Shown: one piece after another, positions 44,432-54,327 of the stretch
Layout of the letters: every line of letters starts with the position of its first letter
How positions within the stretch are numbered: position 1 is the first letter of the stretch
Assembly: GCA_038328755.1 (NCBI GenBank)
Contig: JBBQMH010000004.1
Location: 2,193 to 66,192, forward strand
DNA from: Candidatus Limnocylindrales bacterium
GTDB lineage: Bacteria; Chloroflexota; Limnocylindria; Limnocylindrales; CSP1-4
Direction of reading: 5' to 3'
Length of the DNA: 64,000 nt
Made by a program: the position numbers and the translations under genes
Notes under the pieces: model-generated
Databases searched by the model: none
Told to the model about the DNA's origin: nothing
The model's input: the letters and a program-made list of their open reading frames with translations, nothing else

Positions 44432-44984
44432 CGCCGCGCCCCTCGGCCGTCGACTCGTGCAGGGCGCGAAGGCGTTCCATACGGGCGAGGATCTGACGCT
44501 CCCGGTCATTCAGTCGCTCGTCGATATCCGGTGGAAAGACGTAGCGCCCGCCGGCCTGGCGGATCCCGAACGCGATCGCCACCGCGTAGTCGGACTCGTG
44601 CGAGATCGACACGGCGACCCGCTCCATACCCAGTTGCTCGGCCCGGCGCTCCGCGCGCCCATGGAGACGGACCGCCGGCTGGCCGGTCGGGAGGCGCTCG
44701 ATCTCGATGTCACGCCAGCCGATGCCGCGAACGCCAAGCCCAAGCACCTTGCTCACGGCCTCCTTGGCTGCCCAGCGGCCGGCGAAGGTTTCGGGCCGGT
44801 CGCGCACGTAGCGCTGCTCCGACGGCGTCAGGACGCGGTTGCTGAAGCGTGGTCCGAACCTGGCCAGCGATCGACGGATGCGGTCGACCTTGATGATGTC
44901 GATGCCGAGTTCGGTGGTGCCGGCCGGTGGCCCGCCCGAAACCACGCCGTCGTCGCCAGGTGTCGCCGGAGTACCCTCGGCCAT
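44424..44984 (-). CDS. acpS: holo-[acyl-carrier-protein] synthase
   Basis: GIDIIKVDRI, FAGRWAAKEAVSKVLG, SISHESDYAVA. Extra N-terminal extension of about 25 aa and C-terminal extension of about 45 aa. Confidence 0.85.
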   Translation of the reverse strand: MAEGTPATPGDDGVVSGGPPAGTTELGIDIIKVDRIRRSLARFGPRFSNRVLTPSEQRYVRDRPETFAGRWAAKEAVSKVLGLGVRGIGWRDIEIERLPTGQPAVRLHGRAERRAEQLGMERVAVSISHESDYAVAIAFGIRQAGGRYVFPPDIDERLNDRERQILARMERLRALHESTAEGRGDG

Positions 44985-44990
44985 CGCGGC

Positions 44991-46823
44991 CTACTCGACC
45001 GTGACGGACTTCGCCAGGTTGCGCGGCTGGTCGACATCCGTGCCGCGAGCGACCGCCATGTGATAGGCGAAGAGCTGGAGCGGAATGATGGCCAGCACGG
45101 AGCCGATCGACTCGTGCGTCGCAGGCACCCAGCAGACGTCATCGGCATATCGCTCGATCTGGGGGTCTCCCTCGGTCGCCACCGCGATCACCTTTGCATC
45201 GCGCGCTCGACCCTCCATCACGTTGCTGATCAGCTTGTCGTAGGTCGGCGACTGGGTCGCGACCGCCACCAGCGGATATTCGGCATCGAGCAGGGAGATC
45301 GGTCCGTGCTTCAGCTCGCCAGCTGGGTAACCCTCGGCGTGGACATAGCTGATCTCCTTCAACTTGAGGGCTCCTTCGAGCGCGGCGGGGTACGTCGCGC
45401 CGCGCCCGACGAACATGAAGCCGTGGGCGTTGACATACCGTCGGGCGAGGTCGTGCGCGGTTGGGGCATTCAACTCGAGTGCCCGTTGCGCGGCCTCCGG
45501 CAGGGCGCGGAGCGCGGCTCCGATCTCCGCTTCCGCTGCGGCCGACATGGTCCCCAGCAGCCGTCCAATTGCAGCCGCGAGGACGACGAGCGTCGTGACC
45601 TGCGTGACGAAGGTCTTGGAGGCCGCGACGGCGATCTCCGGACCGGCTTGCAGGAACAGCACGGCGTCCGCCTCGCGGGTGATGGCGGACCCGACGGTAT
45701 TGGTGACGGCGATGATCGGGCAGCCACGTCCTCGCGCCAGCCGCGTCGGGGCGATCGTGTCGGCGGTCTCGCCTGACTGGGTGACGGCGATGACGAGCGT
45801 CCGCGGGTCCAGCGGCGGCGGGCTGTAGCGGAACTCCGAACCGACGGTCACGCGGGCCGGGAGTCCGGTCCAGGCCTCGAGCGCGGCGGCGCCGACCTGC
45901 GCGGCATACGACGCCGTCCCGCAGGCCACCAGCTCGATCCGCGTGATCTCGCGCAGGCGCGCGGACATGGCCTCGATCTCCGGCACGTGGATGCGGTCGT
46001 CGCGGTCCACCCGCCCAGCCAGCGCCTGCCGCAGGGCGACGGGCTGCTCATGGATCTCCTTGAGCATGAAGTGCTCGAAGCCGCCCTTCTCGGCCACCTC
46101 GGGCGACCAGTCGATCGTCGTTTCCTGGCGGTCGACGACGGTCCCGGCGAGATCCGTGATCACGACTGACCCCGGTCGCACATCGGCCACATCGCCTTCC
46201 TCCAGGAAGATCACGCGCTTCGTGTGGGCCAGGATCGCGGCAACGTCGCTGGCGATGAACGACTCCTCGCCGTGAAGGCCCACGACCAGGGGCACGTTCT
46301 GGCGGGCACCGACCAGGCGACCGCGCTCGCCGCGGTGCATCACGACGATGGCGTAGGCGCCCTCGACACGCCGGAGCGCCGCCCGCACGGCGTCGGCCAG
46401 GTCGCCGGCGTAGGCCTCCTCGATCAGGTGAGCCAGCGCCTCGGTGTCGGTCTCGGAGACGAGAACGTGCCCGCGCGCCTCGAGGCCATCCCGGAGCTCC
46501 CGGAAGTTCTCGATGATCCCGTTGTGGATGACCGTGATCTGGCCGGTGCAGTCACCATGCGGATGGGCGTTGAGATCGTTGGGTCGACCGTGGGTGGCCC
46601 ATCGCGTGTGGGCAAGGCCCATCCCTGCGTGCGGAGTCCGCTCGGCGATCGCCGTCGTCAGGTTGGCGAGCTTGCCGGCCTTCTTCTCGACGAACAAGAC
46701 CCCTTCCTCATCGACGAGGGCGATCCCGGCCGAGTCGTAGCCGCGATATTCAAGCCGGCGCAGGCCCTCGATCAGGATCGGACCGGCCTCGCGAGGTCCT
46801 GTGTAGCCGACGATGCCGCACAT
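44991..46823 (-). CDS. glmS: glutamine--fructose-6-phosphate aminotransferase (isomerising)
   Basis: MCGIVGY N-terminal nucleophile, two SIS domains, and C-terminal PRNLAKSVTVE. Confidence 0.97.
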   Translation of the reverse strand: MCGIVGYTGPREAGPILIEGLRRLEYRGYDSAGIALVDEEGVLFVEKKAGKLANLTTAIAERTPHAGMGLAHTRWATHGRPNDLNAHPHGDCTGQITVIHNGIIENFRELRDGLEARGHVLVSETDTEALAHLIEEAYAGDLADAVRAALRRVEGAYAIVVMHRGERGRLVGARQNVPLVVGLHGEESFIASDVAAILAHTKRVIFLEEGDVADVRPGSVVITDLAGTVVDRQETTIDWSPEVAEKGGFEHFMLKEIHEQPVALRQALAGRVDRDDRIHVPEIEAMSARLREITRIELVACGTASYAAQVGAAALEAWTGLPARVTVGSEFRYSPPPLDPRTLVIAVTQSGETADTIAPTRLARGRGCPIIAVTNTVGSAITREADAVLFLQAGPEIAVAASKTFVTQVTTLVVLAAAIGRLLGTMSAAAEAEIGAALRALPEAAQRALELNAPTAHDLARRYVNAHGFMFVGRGATYPAALEGALKLKEISYVHAEGYPAGELKHGPISLLDAEYPLVAVATQSPTYDKLISNVMEGRARDAKVIAVATEGDPQIERYADDVCWVPATHESIGSVLAIIPLQLFAYHMAVARGTDVDQPRNLAKSVTVE

Positions 46824-46897
46824 CCGTGGTCAGGTCCCCTGTCTGGTTGCGCCGGCTCTGCCGAGCGCTGCCTGGCTCGTTGCGATGGGCACCGAGA

Positions 46898-48232
46898 TCA
46901 GTGTAGTCGCTCGGCCGCGACGGCCGCCAGCGTGTCGGCCAGCTCGCCGACCAAGGCTGCGTCCGGGCCCTCGACCATGACCCGCAGGGCCGGCTCGGTG
47001 CCTGAAGGGCGGACGAGGATTCTCCCAACCCCTCCGAGACGCTCACGCGCCTCCGCGAGGGCCTTCTGGATGACCGGATCGCCTTCCCATTGGTCCTTGT
47101 GGCGAACCCGGACCGCCCGCTGTTCCTGAGGCATCAGCTCGATGACCGAGGCCAGCTCCGCGAGGGATCGCCCGCTGCCGACCATGACACGGAGAACCTC
47201 GAGGGCCGTGACAATTCCATCGCCCGAGGTCGTGTGCTCGGCGATGATCACGTGTCCACTCTTCTCTCCGCCGAGCCCGGCCCCGGCGACCTGCATGCCC
47301 TCGAGGATGTACTTGTCACCGACGGGTGTCCGGACCACGGCCCCGCCGGCCTCCTCCACGGCCCGCTGCAGGCCCCCGTTCGACAGGACCGAGACCACGA
47401 GTGTCCGGCCCGCGAGCGCGTCTCGACCCAGTCGCTCAAGGGCCAGGATGCCAAGGACCTGGTCGCCGTCCACGATGTCGCCGCCGGCGTTCACCGCGAT
47501 CAGGCGGTCCGCATCGCCATCCAGGGCGAAGCCGACATCGGCCCCGAGCTCGAGCACGGCTCGGGCGAGAGCCGCAGGATCCGTGGCCCCGCAGGCGAGG
47601 TTGATGTTCGACCCATCGGGCGTCGCGTTGATGACCTCGACCTGGGCGCCGGTGGCGGTCAGCATGCCTGGAGCAAAGGCGCCGCCCGATCCGTTGGCCG
47701 CGTCCAGGACGATCCGCAGCCCCCGGGCATCGACCGTCGACGCGAGCCGCAGGCGGGCTTCCGTGTAGGCCGCCACGCGATCGCGGGCATCGATGCTTAT
47801 CCCGAGTTCGTCGTTGCCGACACCCCCGAGCTCCTCCGTTCTCCAGATCAGTTGCTCGAGCTCGTCCTCGATGGGATCATCGAGCTTGAGGCCCTGGCCA
47901 TCGAGTACCTTGAGGCCGTTGTCGGCGGCGGGATTGTGCGATGCGGAGACCATGATTCCCGCGGCATACGCGCCGCTTCCGGCCAGAAACGCCAGGGCAG
48001 GCGTCGGGACGACGCCGACCTGGTGGACGTCAGTCCCGAGGCTCGTGGCGCCGGCCGTGATCGCAGCCACGAACAGGTCACCCGACCGTCGCGTGTCCTG
48101 GCCGACCACGATGGCGCCTCGGCCGCCAGCGAGCCGATGAGCCGTCGCGCGACCGAGCGCGTAGGCCGTCGTCGGCTTCAGATCGATGTTGGCGACGCCA
48201 CGGATGCCGTCGGTGCCAAACAGACGAGGCAC
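46898..48232 (-). CDS. glmM: phosphoglucosamine mutase
   Basis: LFGTDGIRGVAN and active-site GIMVSASHNPAADNG. Confidence 0.95.
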   Translation of the reverse strand: MPRLFGTDGIRGVANIDLKPTTAYALGRATAHRLAGGRGAIVVGQDTRRSGDLFVAAITAGATSLGTDVHQVGVVPTPALAFLAGSGAYAAGIMVSASHNPAADNGLKVLDGQGLKLDDPIEDELEQLIWRTEELGGVGNDELGISIDARDRVAAYTEARLRLASTVDARGLRIVLDAANGSGGAFAPGMLTATGAQVEVINATPDGSNINLACGATDPAALARAVLELGADVGFALDGDADRLIAVNAGGDIVDGDQVLGILALERLGRDALAGRTLVVSVLSNGGLQRAVEEAGGAVVRTPVGDKYILEGMQVAGAGLGGEKSGHVIIAEHTTSGDGIVTALEVLRVMVGSGRSLAELASVIELMPQEQRAVRVRHKDQWEGDPVIQKALAEARERLGGVGRILVRPSGTEPALRVMVEGPDAALVGELADTLAAVAAERLH

Positions 48233-48280
48233 GGGCTCGTCAACCTCCTTGCGTTGTCGGGTAGCTGCCCGCCCGACCGA

Positions 48281-49534
48281 TCAAGGGGCCGGACTCGGAC
48301 TTGGACCCGGACTTGGACTTGGACCCGGGGGTGGCAGCGTGATCGTTACGGAGATGGGGTTCGGGCTCGCCCCGACGAGGGTGAGCCCGGTCAGGAGGTT
48401 CACACTGACGCTGACGTCATGCAGCCCGACGGTGAGCCCGGTGACGTCGATGGTCAGAACGAGGCTCGAACCGGACAGCCGGTCGAGGTCCGAGACCGAG
48501 CCGCCGATCGTGACCAGGACCCGGTCAGTGGAGAGGGCATAGACCCGGTCGGCTCGCGCGCCGGCCAGGATCAGGCCCGCCTCGAACGTGCGGGTCGAGG
48601 TGACGGGACGGAGGACGACGGTCACCTTGACGGTCGCCACTCCCGGGGCCTGGACCCCATCGGGGAGCTGGAGCGGTACATCAACCGAGACGGTCGACGA
48701 CGCACCGGTGATCGTCACCACCGAGGTATCGGCGAACTCCAGCGGCGCGATGTTGTCAGCATCCCCTTCGATGCTGATCACGATGGGGTCGACCATGACC
48801 GACGCGACCTCGAAGCCGACCGCCGGCGACCCGATGACCATGGGGCGAATCGGCAGCGATCTCGTCTGCCGGTTGGTGAAGATCGGGAGACGGACTTTGA
48901 CGTTCGGCGGGACGATATCAACCGGGAGCAGCACCTCGCCGGCAGCGTCCACCGCGACGAGATCGATCGTTCGATTAACGTCGATCCCGGACACGTCGAG
49001 GGTCGTCCGCGCCTGGACCTCGCTGATCCGGTCGACGATGGACGCGGCGCCCGTCACCGTGGCCTCCGTCGCCGACAACGTCGGCTGGCCGAGGTCAAGG
49101 CCCGTGGGCACGGGCCCGTATTCGACCCGGATGGGAACGGTTCTGCTCACCACGGCATCCAGTTGAACGGTGATCTGGCGGGGCTCGTAGTCGAGGACCT
49201 GGACGCGCGGGTCAACCGCGACGACCCGAACGGGGACCGAGGTCCGACCGCCCGTCGCCGCGACGCTCGAAAGGTCGACGACGGCGCGGAAGCTCGAGCT
49301 GTCCAGGCGCAGCCCCAGGTCCTCCGGGACGAAGTAGCGGATCTGGCGGACGGCGCCGAGGTCCGACAGGATGGTCACCCCGCGCGACAGGCCCGTCGTC
49401 TCGATCGGCACCGATCCCTCAAAGAACTGGGCGCTGGAAGAAACCACGAGTCCGACGTACAGCAGGAACGCGAAGGCGATTGCGCCAAGCTTGAGCGGCC
49501 AGTTGTGGAGGACCAGCCGCTGCAGGCGCCTCAT
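48281..49534 (-). CDS. cdaR: YbbR-repeat protein (CdaR-like regulator of diadenylate cyclase)
   Basis: N-terminal NWPLKLGAIAFAFLLY anchor, repeated YbbR-like beta modules, and a PSPSPG tail. ATGA overlap with cdaA. Confidence 0.8.
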   Translation of the reverse strand: MRRLQRLVLHNWPLKLGAIAFAFLLYVGLVVSSSAQFFEGSVPIETTGLSRGVTILSDLGAVRQIRYFVPEDLGLRLDSSSFRAVVDLSSVAATGGRTSVPVRVVAVDPRVQVLDYEPRQITVQLDAVVSRTVPIRVEYGPVPTGLDLGQPTLSATEATVTGAASIVDRISEVQARTTLDVSGIDVNRTIDLVAVDAAGEVLLPVDIVPPNVKVRLPIFTNRQTRSLPIRPMVIGSPAVGFEVASVMVDPIVISIEGDADNIAPLEFADTSVVTITGASSTVSVDVPLQLPDGVQAPGVATVKVTVVLRPVTSTRTFEAGLILAGARADRVYALSTDRVLVTIGGSVSDLDRLSGSSLVLTIDVTGLTVGLHDVSVSVNLLTGLTLVGASPNPISVTITLPPPGPSPSPGPSPSPAP

Positions 49535-50619
49535 CGACCAGCGGCCGCCGAATCGGATGCATCCGGCGCGCTGGTGCGCCCTGGCTCCGATGTGCTGGCA
49601 CGCCCAGGCTCCATGACGGCATGCGTCTCGGAGGCGCCGATCCCGGTGGATGCCGTGGCCTCGAGCGGTTGCGCGCGTTGCTTGTCCTCTCGTGATGGTG
49701 CTGCCGTCGAGCTCCGCGAAGCGGCACCGTCGGCGCGGGGCGGCTGGTCATCGCGGGATCCGAGCACCATCCGGCCGATTCGCGCGAGCGACGGCGCACT
49801 GGTCACGCGACCCGTCCCGGGGATACGCCGATGGGACCCATCGGATGCGGGGTCCAGCAGGGTCCGGATGGCCCTCGCCAGTTGGACCTCGTTGAGGTGG
49901 CGGATGATCCGCGCCCGCTCGATCAAACTGATCTGGCCGTTCTCCTCCGAGACGACCACGACCACGGCATCGGTCTGCTCTGTGATCCCGAGCGCCGCGC
50001 GGTGGCGCGTTCCGAACCGCTCGGTGTGGATGGTCGTCTCGACGAGGGGCAGGAGCGCCCCGGCGGCGAGGATCGAGCTGCCGCGCACGATGACTGCTCC
50101 GTCGTGGAGCTTGGTCTTCGGCATGAAGATGGTCCGGAGGAGATCGACCGACAGGTCCCCGTGGATCATGACGCCGCTCTCGGCGATTTCCTCGAGACCA
50201 GTGTCGCGCTCCAGCACGATCAGCGCCCCATGACCGTCACCGGACATGAGGGAAGCAGCTCGCGCCACCTCGGCCGCCACGTGCTCGGCGGCGGTGTTCT
50301 CGCTCGGGAAGAGCCACGCCAGCGAACCGACCCGACCAATCCGATCCAATGCTCGACGCAGCTCAGGCTGGAAGACGACCACCAGGGCAAACAGGCCAAC
50401 GACCGCCCCGGCCTGCAGGATCTGGGTGAGGAGGCGCAGCGTCAGCGCCTGCGCCACGAAGTAGACGCCAAACAGAACGCTGACCCCGATCACAAGGCGC
50501 ACTGCACGAGTTCCCTGGATCAGGCTGAACAGCCAGTAGATCAGGAGCGCAGTGATCCCGATGTCGAGCAACGTCGTTGGCCGAACCTGATCGAGGATCG
50601 ACGCGAGGACCTGCGGCAT
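49531..50619 (-). CDS. cdaA: diadenylate cyclase CdaA (membrane-anchored DAC domain)
   Basis: Three N-terminal TM helices, then DAC motifs HDGAVIV (DGA) and GTRHRAALG (RHR). Carries a Ser/Ala/Pro/Arg-rich C-terminal tail of about 105 aa. Confidence 0.9.
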   Translation of the reverse strand: MPQVLASILDQVRPTTLLDIGITALLIYWLFSLIQGTRAVRLVIGVSVLFGVYFVAQALTLRLLTQILQAGAVVGLFALVVVFQPELRRALDRIGRVGSLAWLFPSENTAAEHVAAEVARAASLMSGDGHGALIVLERDTGLEEIAESGVMIHGDLSVDLLRTIFMPKTKLHDGAVIVRGSSILAAGALLPLVETTIHTERFGTRHRAALGITEQTDAVVVVVSEENGQISLIERARIIRHLNEVQLARAIRTLLDPASDGSHRRIPGTGRVTSAPSLARIGRMVLGSRDDQPPRADGAASRSSTAAPSREDKQRAQPLEATASTGIGASETHAVMEPGRASTSEPGRTSAPDASDSAAAGR

Positions 50620-50670
50620 CGTCGGGCGAGTGTAGCATCGCGGACCCGGTCGCCGGACGCTCGTGAGCGG

Positions 50671-51627
50671 TCAGGCGGACGGCGTCGCTCCGTGATCGAC
50701 GGGGGTAAGCCCGTGGGTCGCCGAGAACTCGCGAATCGCGGCTGCGGCAGTCGCGTCCTCGTCGAGTTCGGCCAGACGCGCGAGCAGTCTCACCTTCTCA
50801 ACTGCGAGGTCTGTCCAGTTGCGCGCCACCTGGTTGGCCGCGATCTCCAGCTGGACGGCGGTGTCAGCCGGATCGAGGGCAACGAGAACGAGCGCCGCAT
50901 CGAGCGCTGCATCGAGTCGACCCGACGATCGCTGAGCGACCGAGACGGCCAGGAGCAAATCATGCGCCGCGACTCGATCACCGGCATCGAGGAGCGCCCA
51001 GGCCGAAACCATGGCCGTCCGCGGGTCGAACGGCACCGCCGGCGGTTTGGCGAGCAACGGTGGCTCCTCCGGCACCGGTGGATCCGGGAGCGCGGCCCCG
51101 ACCTCCGCATGTCCGCGCGACTCGTCCGTCGTAGACCCGATGAAGCGCCCAGCTCGAGCGATGGCGTCGGCTGCTCGCTGCTCGCCTTCGACCGTGCGGA
51201 GCTGGGCGACCACCCGCTCGAGTGTCCTCCGACGGGTCCGCGATTCGGCGAGCTCGAGGGCAGCCAGGGCTTCGTCGCAGGCTTCGATGAGCCGTCCGTC
51301 ACGCTCCAGCACCTCGGCGAGCATCTCGTGGTCCGTCGCGGCCTCCTGGGGGCGTCGAAGCGCGATCCGCACGGTCGCCCGGCCGCGGAGCGCGGGCTCA
51401 TCCGTCGGGGTCCGCCGAAGCGCCGCGCCGAAGGCGAGCTCGGCATCGTCAAGGCGGCCAAGACGGAGCAGGACCTGGCCGAGGCTCACGTGCGGGAGCG
51501 CTCGGTCGGGCGCCAGGACGGCGGCGGCCTCGTAGGCCGTGATGGCGTCGGCCAACCGTCCCTGCTGGGCGGCGAGATGACCGCGCCGCAGCGTCTCCTT
51601 GTATCGCTCGAAGAGGATCTGGCTCAT
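50671..51627 (-). CDS. tetratricopeptide-repeat (TPR)-like protein
   Basis: Ala/Leu-rich helical repeats (GRLADAITAYEAAAVLAPD, GRLDDAELAFGAALRRTP). ATGA overlap with the argF stop. Confidence 0.6.
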   Translation of the reverse strand: MSQILFERYKETLRRGHLAAQQGRLADAITAYEAAAVLAPDRALPHVSLGQVLLRLGRLDDAELAFGAALRRTPTDEPALRGRATVRIALRRPQEAATDHEMLAEVLERDGRLIEACDEALAALELAESRTRRRTLERVVAQLRTVEGEQRAADAIARAGRFIGSTTDESRGHAEVGAALPDPPVPEEPPLLAKPPAVPFDPRTAMVSAWALLDAGDRVAAHDLLLAVSVAQRSSGRLDAALDAALVLVALDPADTAVQLEIAANQVARNWTDLAVEKVRLLARLAELDEDATAAAAIREFSATHGLTPVDHGATPSA

Positions 51628-52649
51628 GGCGTCTCGATTGTCGCAGGCTCGCTCGTCGTCAATTCATTCTCCGCCGTGTCGCCGAGGACTTCCACCAGGA
51701 GCCCCTTCTGGACGTGGAGTCGATTCTCCGACTGCCGGAAGATGACACTCTGCGGGCCATCCATGACCTCGGAGGTGATCTCCTGGCCGCGATGAGCCGG
51801 GAGGCAGTGCATGACGATCGCTTCCGGCCCTGCGATCCTGATCAACTCGGCGTTGACCTGGTAGTCGGCGAAGGCCGCGCGCCGTTCGGCTTCCTCGGCC
51901 TCCTGCCCCATCGAGGTCCAGGCATCTGTATAGATGACATCGGCCCCTTCGACCAGCTCGCGCGGGTCTTGCCCGACCTCGAGCCGACCGCCGTGCGCGG
52001 CGGCGAGCCGCTCAACGATCGCGACGACCCCCTCATCGGGGCCGTAGCCGCGGGGATGAGCGAGGCGAACGGTCGCGCCCTGGCCAGCCGCGGTGAGTGC
52101 GAGCGAATGGAAGACGTTGTTCCCGTCCCCGACGAACGCGATCGTCCGCCCGGCGATCGGCCCGAGGACCTCCTGAATCGTGAAGATATCGGCATATGCC
52201 TGGCATGGATGCTCGCGCAGCGTCAGCGCATTGATGACGGGGATATTCGCCTGCGCCGCGAACTCAACGGCAACCTCGTGGGGTCCCGTCCTGATCACGA
52301 TCCCGTCGACGAAGCCCTGGAGATTCCTGGCGACGTCGGCGATCGTCTCCCGGACGCCCCAGCCGGCGTTACCCGACGTCAGCTGGATCGCCGATCCGCC
52401 GAGCTGGACCATGCCGGCCTCAAAGGTGACCCGGGTCCGTAGCGACGGATGCTCGAAGAGCATCGCGAGCGTCCGACGGACGAGCGGCGGACGAGCGTGT
52501 CGCCGGTCGCTGGCGAATTCCGCCTTGAGCCGTGTTGCGGTCGCGAGGACCCGTCGAATCTCCGACGGGTCCAGGTTGGACGCGCTGATGAGGTCCCGGC
52601 CGCGAAGGCTACCGGGCGCGGCGACGGACGTTGGCCTCGCGGAGGACAC
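51624..52649 (-). CDS. argF: ornithine carbamoyltransferase
   Basis: SLRTR carbamoyl-phosphate motif, HPCQ, ornithine motif DAWTSMG and HCLPAHRGQE. GTG start at 52649. Confidence 0.85.
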   Translation of the reverse strand: MSSARPTSVAAPGSLRGRDLISASNLDPSEIRRVLATATRLKAEFASDRRHARPPLVRRTLAMLFEHPSLRTRVTFEAGMVQLGGSAIQLTSGNAGWGVRETIADVARNLQGFVDGIVIRTGPHEVAVEFAAQANIPVINALTLREHPCQAYADIFTIQEVLGPIAGRTIAFVGDGNNVFHSLALTAAGQGATVRLAHPRGYGPDEGVVAIVERLAAAHGGRLEVGQDPRELVEGADVIYTDAWTSMGQEAEEAERRAAFADYQVNAELIRIAGPEAIVMHCLPAHRGQEITSEVMDGPQSVIFRQSENRLHVQKGLLVEVLGDTAENELTTSEPATIETP

Positions 52650-52667
52650 GCCGTCCTGCTCGGCGGC

Positions 52668-53066
52668 TCAGCGCTTGGTGTACTGCGGCGCCTTGCGGGC
52701 TCGCTTGAGGCCGAACTTCTTGCGCTCCTTCATCCGCGGGTCCCGCGTGAGAAGGCCGGCCTGTCGAAGCGACACCCGAAACCCGGGATCGAGTTCGAGG
52801 AGCGCCCTCGCGATTCCATGGCGGATGGCCCCTGCCTGTCCGGTCACTCCGCCACCCTCGACCTTGACCATCGCGTTGAAGCGACCTTCGGTCCCGGTCA
52901 CGTGGAATGGCATGCGGACGTCGGCCTCGTCGATCGCGTTGCCAAAGTGCTCGATCATCGAGCGGCCATTGACGACGATCTCGCCCTCGCCGGGCATCAG
53001 TCGGACGCGGGCAACGGCCGTCTTGCGACGACCCGTCCCGGAGTTGTAGGCAGTGGTAGCACTCAT
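52668..53066 (-). CDS. rpsI: 30S ribosomal protein S9
   Basis: [12 protein letters not shown]...[16 protein letters not shown]. Confidence 0.97.
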   Translation of the reverse strand: MSATTAYNSGTGRRKTAVARVRLMPGEGEIVVNGRSMIEHFGNAIDEADVRMPFHVTGTEGRFNAMVKVEGGGVTGQAGAIRHGIARALLELDPGFRVSLRQAGLLTRDPRMKERKKFGLKRARKAPQYTKR

Positions 53067-53079
53067 GGATGGCTCCTTG

Positions 53080-53511
53080 TCAGGCGAGCGGCTCAGGCTG
53101 CTGGGCCTGATGCGGATGGTCCGATCCCGCGTAGATCTTCAGCTTGCGCAGCTGCTGCGCCCCGAGCTTGTTGTGGGGCATCATGCCCTTGATCGCGCGG
53201 CGGATCACTTCCTCTGGGCGACGCTCGAGGAGGTGGCCGAGTGACTCCTCCTTGAACCCACCGGGATACCCGCTGTGGCGCGCGTAGATCTTGCTGTCGA
53301 TCTTGTCTCGACTGACCGCGACCTTGCCGGCGTTGAGGATGATCACGTGGTCGCCCGTATCGAGGTTGGCCGTATAGGTCGGCTTGTCCTTCCCCGACAG
53401 CACACGCGCAATCCGGGTCGCGAGGCGGCCCAGCGTCTGATCCGTCGCGTCAACGACGAACCAGCGTCGCTCGATCTCGCTCTCCCGAGCCGTGTAGGTC
53501 TTGGCGTTCAT
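53080..53511 (-). CDS. rplM: 50S ribosomal protein L13
   Basis: [27 protein letters not shown]. Confidence 0.97.
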   Translation of the reverse strand: MNAKTYTARESEIERRWFVVDATDQTLGRLATRIARVLSGKDKPTYTANLDTGDHVIILNAGKVAVSRDKIDSKIYARHSGYPGGFKEESLGHLLERRPEEVIRRAIKGMMPHNKLGAQQLRKLKIYAGSDHPHQAQQPEPLA

Positions 53512-54320
53512 GCTTCCTCGTGTTCTCCGCTCGTTCGCGTCGGTGATCGTCGGTAGACGACCCGCCGAAGGTTCAATCCCCAGGCCGGCGCAGCGGCCCC
53601 GGCGAATGCAGGTCGGCGCTCGGCAAGTGCCGCTCCGACCGCTGATTCTTCAATCGTCCCCTTGCCGACGCCGATCAGCGCGGCGACCATGCGCCGGACC
53701 ATTCCGCGAAGGAAGGACTCGGCCCGGACATCGATCGTGACAAGCTGCCCAGCCCGCCGGACCCGAACGTGATGCACGTTCCGGACCGGCCTTGGATCAG
53801 CACCACCGAAGGCGGAGAAGTCGTGCCGGCCGACAAAGGCCTGCCCGGCTCGCGCCATCGCGTCCGTGTCGAGTCGGTTCCGCACCCAGAGCGCCGTTCG
53901 CGCCCGGATGGGGCTTCGCGGGCCGTTCCAGACGGTGTAGCGGTACTTCCGGTACCGCGCCGCATAGCGCGGGTGAAACCCCTTCGGCGCCTTCCCGAGG
54001 TCGCGAATCGCGACATCGAGTGGAAGGAGACCGTTCAGCGCTCCAGCCAGTTCCGTTGCCGTGAGGCGCCCCTCGTAGGTGAATGCGATCACCTGCCCGG
54101 TGGCGTGGACTCCGGCGTCGGTCCGACCAGCACCGTCAACCGCGTGCCGGACACCCCCAGAGAGGGTGGCCAGCGCCGTCTCGAGCGCCCCCTGAACCGT
54201 CCGCGTCCCAGGCTGGGCCTGGAACCCGGCAAATTCCGTGCCATCATATTCAACCCGTGCCCGATAGCGCACGGGGACACCCTCTCGGGTGCCTTGCTCC
54301 ACGCCCATCAGGGCGTTCAT
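53508..54320 (-). CDS. truA: tRNA pseudouridine(38-40) synthase
   Basis: [21 protein letters not shown] and catalytic GRTDAGVHA. Start at ATG 54320; the listed ORF start at 54452 would overlap rplQ. ATGA overlap with rplM. Confidence 0.9.
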   Translation of the reverse strand: MNALMGVEQGTREGVPVRYRARVEYDGTEFAGFQAQPGTRTVQGALETALATLSGGVRHAVDGAGRTDAGVHATGQVIAFTYEGRLTATELAGALNGLLPLDVAIRDLGKAPKGFHPRYAARYRKYRYTVWNGPRSPIRARTALWVRNRLDTDAMARAGQAFVGRHDFSAFGGADPRPVRNVHHVRVRRAGQLVTIDVRAESFLRGMVRRMVAALIGVGKGTIEESAVGAALAERRPAFAGAAAPAWGLNLRRVVYRRSPTRTSGEHEEA

Positions 54321-54327
54321 GTATCGC

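Noticed and set aside
46824-46897. Possible glmS ribozyme upstream of glmS
   Set aside because: Only 74 nt separate glmS from glmM, which is too short for the approximately 170-nt ribozyme, and no conserved core was seen.
48284-48330. Short GGACTTGGACCC-type tandem repeats as a possible CRISPR or VNTR element
   Set aside because: They lie inside the cdaR coding frame and encode a PSPSPG low-complexity tail. The units are too short and there are no spacers.
47090-50233. 1047-aa plus-strand ORF, the longest in the track
   Set aside because: It runs antisense to glmM, cdaR and cdaA, all of which carry strong family motifs. Its translation is Arg/Asp/Gly/Pro-rich low-complexity sequence with no motif. 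Long stop-free antisense frames are expected in GC-rich DNA.
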